DNA of 20,000 nt, taken from an uncultured virus (IMG/VR IMGVR_UViG_3300049846_002026) (lineage: Duplodnaviria; Heunggongvirae; Uroviricota; Caudoviricetes). Made by a program: the position numbers and the translations under genes. Where the stretch lies: the IMG/VR virus record IMGVR_UViG_3300049846_002026; one strand, written 5' to 3'. The stretch's first letter is position 1; each line of letters starts with the position of its first letter. Below the pieces are notes generated by a model that was not told the DNA's origin, ran no database searches, and saw only the letters and a program-made list of their open reading frames with translations. This document shows positions 8,101 to 15,200 of the stretch, piece by piece.

Positions 8101-8367
8101 CGTCCCAGTTGTTTGGATGGCGCCACTGCCGTCGAAGCCGAGACCCGTGCCCAGCTTGACGCTGAGCCGGCTCACGTCAAGCGTGTGCGGGCCCACCGTT
8201 TCGCCGGTATCGTCAGTCCAAAGCAAGCCATTGCCAATCAGCGGCTCCACCCGAATGTGAGGGATACCGTTACTGACCTGCTGAATCGTGATGCCCGTCA
8301 TGAGCACCGCCTGCCCCACAGCCTCGCGAATCTCGGCGGCTGTGCCGCTAAACCCCTGGATCTTCAT
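1702..8367 (-). CDS. Long tail fibre / receptor-binding protein with C-terminal peptidase S74 intramolecular chaperone (2221 aa)
   Basis: Gly/Thr/Ala/Ser-rich fibre repeats, an HxH motif (GHTH) and an internal FN3-like domain. C-terminus has SSDQRLK...YNW...GLFAQEVQAVLPEAV...YLTVQYEKVVPLLV plus a terminal coiled coil. GGAGG SD and TAATG coupling to the upstream gene. Confidence 0.92.
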   Translation of the reverse strand: MKIQGFSGTAAEIREAVGQAVLMTGITIQQVSNGIPHIRVEPLIGNGLLWTDDTGETVGPHTLDVSRLSVKLGTGLGFDGSGAIQTTGTAGVTSLGSVTGDITLGSGLSMSGSVLTLDADLSAIAALAGTSGLLRKTAANTWTLDTASYSTVGHTHAYTDLTYSGLTTGQVLRATSATAAAFGALDLANASAVTGLLPIANGGTGLSSTSQNFFFAGPTSGAGAPSWRAIVAGDIPTLNQNTTGSAATLTTTRTIWGQNFNGSANVTGALSSVTDITMTGALALTGNTITVRAAATQDGVIIAGRAGGTLSYDVTISPTTLTADRTLTLADANTILTAGTMVATTRSITINGTTNQITSSAGAQDLSADRTWTLSLPQNIHTGATPTFAGLTLTGNASVTGTVTALAAATQDAVRLQGRAGGTGSFVVTLTPTTLSASRTVTLADGDTTLVAGTMVPTTGTGATGTWGISISGSAATLTTTRTLWGQNFNGSANVTGSLTSVGDITGSGAMALTATSGVLSLVATGAFGVQFTMNSILGGQFLTDGTFQANVAANVYASTGSSRVLNLRDSSGTVDAREWSFRIVSGSLDLRSVSDANTTQNTVLTLGRSGGLTLLGNLTGTAAMSVTATAGTLTLAATGANTILLQTNGTTALTISATQTATFAGAVTVSTGGIAVTGNSTIAGNLSSVVDFTNTGTANLAQSATTGQVNIGTGSGSGQSMLAIRGAAGQLRTIEFQTGSSSRWIIRADNTAESGSDAGSTFRLLARTDAGAAIDDPLVFTRAANGTMSFGGGGRMVQINSGAAAFAAVAGLFVRGSYNTSSGTARGMRVESTLNPLANNDTLYGVDIAPTYTNASGFTGLTYANLRVAQTYSANGANHYGILVAAVSGGTTNNYAIYTLGGGVRLDAGTLRVGGTFTPLSAEGSAGVLFNATLTATGGVARAQYITTVLTAAANNDVLTGLMVTPAFTIGGFTGTTAHGLYISSITGAATNYALYTNAGLVRFGGAVTIASGGLTVSASGAAITGDSSITGILTVNERINAGTASSATSGGVVLSARYSSGDIAMWGTAYSSGGPVMAYALTPKTSGTGLEFVSGVSTTSLARGAYTISGSQHYWHGAAAQSVTAGTDVTMTEMMTIAYNTALRLNGSTQGNAGDIALRRSASDGYMIVGDDANRYFGLSTATALFGSTITAVRSVSNNIATSGASAQRWSNVYSVLGNFSGDVTIGSLGVFDSATAPSTGMFMAYNLSNDSKWKGVNVQLSYTSSDTVVGLGADSTAYSYVYETGRAGNGTTPAAPGTVTLTPGHLSNTLDWSTTTTFDVATHRYRVQYSTTGAFAGEEISVYTTSRKFVHSRLVNGTTYYYRVAAQGATSGTPGSFSANTVSTPTSATASRSSETAAFGSIIAGEIAVANLSAITANLGRITGTGIIQNNSSDSATRTGIRFSSGYSLPSGWTGNPTSAYYMDFAATGGASDSQYLHLGSALRVYTDGSATFAGALTGTAVTASAGLFVGSGTLVSDQAILNVPAAARSMLMQSTGTLTDALVRDLAVRGVAVKSDNLEIYDRTYDGTATSATAGPPGTISDSGAAWALNQWAGARDSQPCEIKIVSGTGSGAEWYQIASNTATAITIVGGWANGTPASGSVYQIRGVVNGLWGNYTATVGGTLVAYLDDTVYSGGDGAAGTWDDATSSAQRTSFTVGTTTATARNNRLEAASSLPANGNQYTIRYKHRCDASGVTCNTGSMRIYGRTKVQYSVDSGTPPTTGWTDLVVKTSTITIPAGEVGYDTGTTEYTDTFTITGVTSTLWIRVVTETEYANTFTASGTGATTYGTGVHVSYQKTTSGVTVTRRSLRLWPTANLHNNSAVSYAPNLTLEPLGALPSTSLAIRGDIIMIDGGTPSTTLPYFFDGTNWQSMKSATPGTHGREAHTVNLVPTNGTLSLEGDFTYNTTTDRFTYHDGTTTRSLLRREGDTMSGNLTVSTGGITITGNSTIAGTLGSVTDLSMTGALSGATTGSFSTSVTTPILTQAGAMTIRTTAANDLTFQRNSTTFMTGVANGLQINSASLGVNVAPNATDGRIDASDDIVAFSSDQRLKTAVEPITQAMAKIMSLTAMTYNWNARAAAVAGFNTTARYVGLFAQEVQAVLPEAVKLAPFDNDGYDRSISGEHYLTVQYEKVVPLLVAGQQEGYRLIGTIHTKVRELEERIDALEQELSTLRGTLK
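6877..7638 (-). repeat. Internal module duplication in the fibre gene (A-B-spacer-B'-A')
   Basis: A = GSAATLTTTRT(I/L)WGQNFNGSANVTG at about 7564-7638 and 6877-6951. B = AAATQD..GRAGGT..PTTL.A.RT.TLAD..T.L.AGTMV.TT at about 7335-7490 and 6995-7150. Confidence 0.9.
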
Positions 8368-11300
8368 TAGAACGCGTTGCCTCCCTCAGAGCACCACGCC
8401 AAGTTGGCACTCTCTTGAGTGATCGTCACCGGACCGGCCACCAGGGTCCCTGACGAGTTGTACGCCCGCAGCTGGTACTTGAAGTACGTTGCGTCACCAC
8501 CACTCACCGGTACATACCGACATGGAAGCTGGTGGTAGTACTGGCCATCCGCTGCATTGATGCCGCTGACGAGCGATGTGTAGCTGCTACCGCCGCTGTC
8601 CGCGGCGTACGTGATGTCGACTGTGTACCCTTGTGCGTACGTCACGTTGACGGAATCGACCGTGACCGTCCAGGTGATGCGCCGCTCATACGGGTAACTG
8701 GCCAGGCTGTAGCAGTAGTTGTTGTCGCAAGCACCCAGGTTGGTCACCGACTGCGCATAGGCGCTGAACGCCACCGTAGCGGTAGCCGGCTGCGATCGTA
8801 CCTGGATTTGCTTCGTGATGGTGTTGTAGCTGTTCAGCGTTACCGCAATCTCCCAGGTCCGTAGCGTGCCACCTGAGGTCACCAACTCCTCACCCGTCAG
8901 CGCCGGCACATCGAACAAATGCGGCTGCGACGCGCCAACGGTCGTGTTGATGGTGGACGTGATCGCGGGATTGTCCATACGCTTTGCCACGATCGTCACG
9001 TTCATGCCGCTCGTCGCCGACGGATTCCCTGTGAACGCCACAGTCAAGTCATCGGTGGTGGTGTTTGCACCAAGAGTGGTGGTGAGCAACAGGGGTGCTG
9101 GCGTGTAGGTGCCCAGGTCGATCGTGTCAGTGTACAGCGGTCCCGGTTGGCCGAACGAGTTCTTGACTACCACGACCAAGTACCATTCGCCCGTGGCGTT
9201 ACCGACCACGCTCCGGGTGAACCGGTTGATCTCCACCGGTCCGGACCAGCGCAAGAAGCTGGGGTCCAGGTCCGCGATCGTCTGAGCGGGGGCCCCCGTC
9301 AAGGTGGGCCAGTGGTTGGTGCCGGCCCCGCTGACGCGCCGCTCGTAGACCTCCCAATAAGTCGCATCGTCATCGGCCGCATTGAACAAAACCGACAAAG
9401 AATCCGCGGTGTCGTCGAAATCGTAGGTCACCCCGGTCAGGGACGGCAGGGAATCCGCATCCACGACGATCGATCGCGGGGTTTCCGGGATGCACCCGCT
9501 CTTGACCGCATAGAAGTCGTAGGTAAAGGCGGTGGTCCGACTCCGCACATCGGTGCCGGGGGTCGGCAGATACCCCTGGGTGGTACTGGTTCGGATCAGT
9601 ACCGCCCCATCCAGCAGCTGATAACTGACCCCGTTTTCGGTCCGCGAGACCTTGTCCACCAAGGTGAGTGCCCCACTGGTGTTCGAGAGCACTCGGCGCA
9701 CCTCCACCATCCCGTCCGCAAACGTGACCTTGGCGAACGTCGCCTTGTGGTTGCCGTTGGTCCACTGGTCTGTCGACCAGGCCGGACTGCCGGTGTCCGT
9801 CAGCACATCGCGTGTCGAGTTGATGTTTGCCGTACGGGTCGTGAGCCCGCCCGCAATGACCTGGGCCGCAGGGGCCGGGGCCATGGTGAACGTCGAGGTC
9901 ACGTTGGTCGCGCTCCGATCGCCGGCCGAGTCCTTACTGTCAATGTTGACAAAAGACTTCGGGGTTCGCACTAGGCTCCGGGACAGCATCTCTCCGGAAT
10001 CCGTGGGTGAGCCCCCGTTCCAGTATCGGTACGGAATGACTTCCAGGAACTTCTGCTGCCCTGGCGCAAGGGCGATGTTGGGAAGGTTCGGGCTCTTGAC
10101 GGTGGTCGTGTTGATGTAGGTCAGAGACCCGCTGTCAATCCGCCAACCGATCGCCTCCGTGTCATCATCGACGATGGCCGTCACACTGGCCACATTCGTG
10201 GTGCTGCTGATAATGGTTTCCAACGAGGTGATCGATGGCCGATCGTCCACGTCGATGACGACGGTCACGCGATCGCTCTCGTAGCCCTGGCTGTTTTCCG
10301 CCCACAGCTCGACTCGTCCGGTGCTGCGCGCCACCGCGATGTACCGGGACCGGGTCCCGGCTGGCACATCGACCGCGGTCGCCGTGCTCACCGTCCGGGG
10401 AAACGCACCCGACTGTACCGAGCCAAGCGGCAGGCTGGTGGCCGAGGCCCCAGGGGACCGGTAGTACACCACGGTTCCAGCAGCCGTGGTGCCGTTGATT
10501 TCGTAGGCGTAGACCTCCAACACCGCGTACGTGACCGTATCGGTGTACCCGGCGAAATAGGCCTGCTCACTAACGGGCAGCTGCCGGAACGCAATGATAG
10601 GCCCCGTTGTGAACGTGTCATCGGTCGGGTCGTAGGTCCAGGTGGTGGCGTCTCCGTACGACTGGCGATTGCCCCCGCGGTCAAACGACGCGAAGTAGTA
10701 CTCCCCGTAGTCTGGCGCGATGAACGAGAACTCATCGTGCGTGTCCGGGGTACCGAAATCCGTCTTGATGTCCGTGTCCAAGAACAGCAGCACCGGATCG
10801 TTGGTCACATAGCTGACCGTGATCGGGGTGTCGACGGTGATCGTGTTCGTCGTGTTGCTGAGGATCTTGTAGCTGGCGTCGGTCGTATCGATCTGCACCC
10901 GCCACAGGCCGCTGTTCAGTTCGTTCACACTCAACGTGCTCTGGTTCAGCGTAATCACGGCACCGGCAATGCTCGCGATGGTGTACGGCGTGCCACTGTT
11001 GTCGCGGATCTGCCGAGACACCACCTGCACGCCCTGGTAGTCAGCATCCGTAGGCGTCTGGAAGCGTACGGTTACCTGCCGATTGCTGACTTGGGGGTAG
11101 CCGGCGTCCATCGTGATCGCTCCAGGAGGCAGCACATCACCGGCCACGATCCAGCGTGCATCGTTCAGTGGTCCCAACACGGCCGTGTCCACCACGCCAG
11201 TGGCGCGAACACTGTACTCATAGAGTTGGCCCGCCGCTACCGCAATGTCCACGTACTCGACGTAGGCGCCGTCGCCTGTGTTTTCCACCGTGGCCAGTTG

Positions 11301-12215
11301 CTTGTAGTTGCCGACGAGAATCGGCACATCCACGAGGTTGGCCGAGCGGGTGATCTCCGGATTCAGTGCAAAGCTCAGTGAGGTTTCGGTTTCCGCGGCA
11401 TTCTGAAACACCGAGGTGACAAGGCCTAGGTCCAGCCCCAGCGCACTGATGGTATCGCCGACGAACACCGCAGAGGTGACATCGGTGTCAAGCCGCACGT
11501 AGCCCGTGCCCGTGTCCAGGTTGAGCTCGGACGAGATGACAGCACCCGACAGCTCCACGGGCTCCCGACGAAACACCTGGTAGGCCCCCGCGCTGGGGGC
11601 ATGTTCCCAGCGGAGAGTCACCTTGGCCGTGCCCGCAGCACTGTCCGCGTGCTCAGTCGTCACACTACGCCACACCACGGCTGGCAGTACTTCCTGCATG
11701 CCACTGAGCGTCACCGTGGCCGGGGTCGTCACCATGATTCCGCTCCCGAACACCACCACAGCTAGGCGGTGCTTTCCGGCCGGGATGCTCAAGGTGATGA
11801 TCGTCGGTGAAGCACCGCGGACCACCCGCTGCTGCGTACCATTCAACCACAACGCAGCCTCACCGCCACTACTGCACTGGACGGTGACCGCCAACCGCGT
11901 CTGCTGGGTAACGGTCACCACGGTCGTGAGAAGCTGGGTCGAGCCGGTGACTCCGTCCACCGTCAACACGCCGCTGACAGCGTCTTCGAGAGTGGTGCTG
12001 CCGCCGCGGTTGTGCCAGCGCTGCATGACCTGGTCTGGTACCAGATTAAGCTGGCCGCTTACCACAAACCGGGCCCAGGTCTGCTGGGTACCGACCGACG
12101 TCAGCTCTGACGGAACCTGCACGGCGGCACCGTACACGTTCCCCACAGGCTTTCCGACCTTGTGCAGGTCACGCCAGATGATTCGACGCAGTGATTCCAG
12201 CAGTGAAAAGCGCAT
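8367..12215 (-). CDS. Tail protein with multiple FN3/Ig-like domains (1282 aa)
   Basis: FN3 signatures (VTLRWEHAPSAGAYQVFRR...YVDIAVAAGQLYEYSVRA; VTVRFQTPTDADYQGVQV...YYFASFDRGGNRQS) and beta-rich composition. GAGGAG SD, TAATG overlaps at both ends, located between the hub and the fibre. Confidence 0.8.
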   Translation of the reverse strand: MRFSLLESLRRIIWRDLHKVGKPVGNVYGAAVQVPSELTSVGTQQTWARFVVSGQLNLVPDQVMQRWHNRGGSTTLEDAVSGVLTVDGVTGSTQLLTTVVTVTQQTRLAVTVQCSSGGEAALWLNGTQQRVVRGASPTIITLSIPAGKHRLAVVVFGSGIMVTTPATVTLSGMQEVLPAVVWRSVTTEHADSAAGTAKVTLRWEHAPSAGAYQVFRREPVELSGAVISSELNLDTGTGYVRLDTDVTSAVFVGDTISALGLDLGLVTSVFQNAAETETSLSFALNPEITRSANLVDVPILVGNYKQLATVENTGDGAYVEYVDIAVAAGQLYEYSVRATGVVDTAVLGPLNDARWIVAGDVLPPGAITMDAGYPQVSNRQVTVRFQTPTDADYQGVQVVSRQIRDNSGTPYTIASIAGAVITLNQSTLSVNELNSGLWRVQIDTTDASYKILSNTTNTITVDTPITVSYVTNDPVLLFLDTDIKTDFGTPDTHDEFSFIAPDYGEYYFASFDRGGNRQSYGDATTWTYDPTDDTFTTGPIIAFRQLPVSEQAYFAGYTDTVTYAVLEVYAYEINGTTAAGTVVYYRSPGASATSLPLGSVQSGAFPRTVSTATAVDVPAGTRSRYIAVARSTGRVELWAENSQGYESDRVTVVIDVDDRPSITSLETIISSTTNVASVTAIVDDDTEAIGWRIDSGSLTYINTTTVKSPNLPNIALAPGQQKFLEVIPYRYWNGGSPTDSGEMLSRSLVRTPKSFVNIDSKDSAGDRSATNVTSTFTMAPAPAAQVIAGGLTTRTANINSTRDVLTDTGSPAWSTDQWTNGNHKATFAKVTFADGMVEVRRVLSNTSGALTLVDKVSRTENGVSYQLLDGAVLIRTSTTQGYLPTPGTDVRSRTTAFTYDFYAVKSGCIPETPRSIVVDADSLPSLTGVTYDFDDTADSLSVLFNAADDDATYWEVYERRVSGAGTNHWPTLTGAPAQTIADLDPSFLRWSGPVEINRFTRSVVGNATGEWYLVVVVKNSFGQPGPLYTDTIDLGTYTPAPLLLTTTLGANTTTDDLTVAFTGNPSATSGMNVTIVAKRMDNPAITSTINTTVGASQPHLFDVPALTGEELVTSGGTLRTWEIAVTLNSYNTITKQIQVRSQPATATVAFSAYAQSVTNLGACDNNYCYSLASYPYERRITWTVTVDSVNVTYAQGYTVDITYAADSGGSSYTSLVSGINAADGQYYHQLPCRYVPVSGGDATYFKYQLRAYNSSGTLVAGPVTITQESANLAWCSEGGNAF

Positions 12216-15200
12216 TACAAGTCTCCTCGCCGTGACGGCACAAGCACCAGGTGGGCCGTAAGCTCCACCGTTTCCGGCAGCACAGAACTCACACCAACGG
12301 GCATGGCGTCCGTCGTAAACGCGCTGCAGTCCTCCCCATCCTTCTTGACCACCAGGGCCGTCGAGCCCTGCATGTCATCCTTCCAACCGGTCCACGCGCC
12401 ATAATCGTACAGCAGCTGTGTCGCCACGTTGCTGCCGTAGAACCGGGTGCGCCACCACAGTGTCATCGGCAACCGCTCGCGGCCACGGCTGTCGACCGGG
12501 AACATCGACCCACTCTCCCACACATAGTGACTGCGGAACGCCGTCCGGAACCAATCGATCTTCAAACCCGCCCTCGTCTCCAGCGGGTTCTCCACCGTGT
12601 GGAAGATCGGAAAGCCCGGGGCGCGCAAGTTGTTCCGTACATCGACCCCAAAGTAGCGGTGGTGATTGATGTAGTACGGGCCTGCCGCGTTCAGCTTGAC
12701 CGGCGGACCGGCCGGATAGCTGCCGCGGGTGTAGGTGCCGCGCAGTTCTTCGTAGTGAATCGTCTCGTCTTGCCGCACATAGTTGATCATGTTCGGCTGC
12801 GCCGTGATGTTCTCGCTCCGGAAATACTCCCGCTCCACCTGATAGCCTGGGTAGAATCGATTGGACGCGCTCAACGGGTGACTGGTCATGTCCCGCGTCC
12901 AAGCGGTCCACGTCGTTGCCGCCGCAATGTCTTCCACCTTGATGGTGGTGCCGTTGGGCGCCACCACGCTGGTGTTCGGACCTGCGACGCTGGTATACGT
13001 ATTCTGCGTGCGCTGCGTGGCCGAGCCGCCCTGCAGGGATCCGCCAGCTGGCGGCACCCACATCGGCGGCACAAAGTAGAATGGGTGCAGGTCCCGCGTA
13101 ATGCTCGGTACCCACGCTGGGCCATTCTCGAATGTCCAGGTTCCACCAGACCCCAGCTTCTGGTCGATGGTTGCTAGTCCGGATGACACACCCGTCACCG
13201 TACCCAGCTGCCGGTGCTCCGTTGCGTACAGCGCCGGCAGATCATGCGCGCTGATGCTGACATGCGAGTCCGAGTACCCGTCGATCGTCAGGCTGAAGCT
13301 GCTCCAGTTGGCCGGGCTGCTCACACCGATCGTCGTTTCCGTGATGTCATGCTGCCACCACCAGTGCTTCAGCAGCTTATCGAACAGGCTCCCCGCGGCG
13401 TAGTTGAACGCAGTGCGTTGTGCCAGTTCCCAGCTTGGCTCGTTCGTCCACTGCCGGCAGATGATGGACCGGCGATGCTGGTACATCGGATCGTCCGGCC
13501 AAGTCACCCCGTCAGTGGTCGTGAGCTGCTTCGACTTGTCGATCACCGGCGTGGTGCCGTTCTGCAGGAACCGATTGAGGCCCCACGAAGATCGCCCTGA
13601 GCGGTCCGTCACAAAGGCACTGAAGTAGAACAGATAGCTCATTACGGCAAACTGCAACCGTGACCGTGCGGTCCCCACGTCCCGGGTTCCGTTCCACTCC
13701 GGAACCTCTTCCAGCTGCAAGTAGTCGCCAAAGCGGATGCTTTCCCGCAACCCGCTCAAGCGGAAGTCTTTCTGGAAATCGGACGGCTGGAACACCCACT
13801 CGGTCACTCCGTACTCGTCCGAGTCAGTCCACTTCAGGAACTTGGCCTTGCGGAAGCCGGAATCGGCATAGCGCAGGGTGTGCTCATCGTTGACCAAGCG
13901 ACGGTTGTAGATCGTGCGATCCTCCACCGCGAGCCCCGCAAAGTTGCCGCCCTTCCACACCACACACTGATCCCCGATCAGCACCCGGAGGTGGACTTCT
14001 CGGGTCAGCTTCACGTTGACTTCGCCTTCAGCCCCGGTCCACAGCGCGCCAGGCCGCGGCATGGCCTTGAACCGAATGCGGATCGGCTTGGCCGGATTGG
14101 CTCCGCCATCCCCGTCCCGGATCCAGGCTCCGAGAGTGGTGGTGCCGACGTTCAACGTCGGATTGACGTACTGGCTGGTGCCCAGGTCCCAGTCCTCGAC
14201 CTTGAGCTCCAGGCGGGTCGGCTCGGTCAGGTGCGTGAAGATCGACGTATCCGACTTGATGACGACATCACCCGCCGCGGCCGTGCGCGACTCAATGTGC
14301 ACGTACCACTCCGCGAACGTGCCCTGACCGATGTACGGCCGACCGTTCGCATCTTCCTTCATCCACACATAGGCCATCGGTCCGAGGCTGGCCCCGCTGC
14401 TGACTTCGCGATTCCACGCGTAGTAGCCAGCACCCACCCGAATCGGATCCTCGTCTCCAAATGTGCCGCCCACCAGGCGCTCGTAAAGCTCGGACTGCTG
14501 CGCATTCCAGAGCCCCACCTGGTCCACGCCGTCCCAGTTAAACTGCAAGGTTTGGGCCGTGCTGATGTACTCCCAGTGCTGTTCATCGTCCTTCGCCGGG
14601 GCACCAGGATTCGTGAACCACGCGACGGTGTCGTTGGTCTGCCGGTTCCGTAGACTGATGCGGTACAAGCCCTCGGCCAGCACGTCAGCCTTGACACTGA
14701 CGAGATAGCCCAGCTCCGAGGTATACGGGTCGTAGAACGGACTGAACGGCTCTCCGCTCACCAGCCCGTTGGGATCCACTCCACCGCTGGGCAGCTGCGC
14801 ACGATACCGCACATCGTAGCTTGTGACGGCAGGATCGCGCGCGTACACGCCCGTACCCGTCCCCTGCCGCCAGTCCAGCTTGATGCGCGCGGCAGTTGCC
14901 GCCGTTTCGGTCGCCGCAGTGGCGTCGTGATCGATCGTCACAAACCGATGGTACGGATTGTTGGTGATCCAATCGTTTCGCAGGTCAGCGCCGGCCATCT
15001 GGTAGACCACTGAAGCACTAAGCATGTACGGCGCGGTGGCAGATGGCTGGAACGGCACGTCCCCGACGTAGATACTCAGGCGGCGTTCTGACGTCTGGTA
15101 GTAGTTCGAGCCAGAGCCGGAACCGAGCGCGAGGTTCGCGCCGGCCACCCCTACGAAGATGTACGACTGTGTGTTGCTGTCCCATGCCTGTACGGACCAT

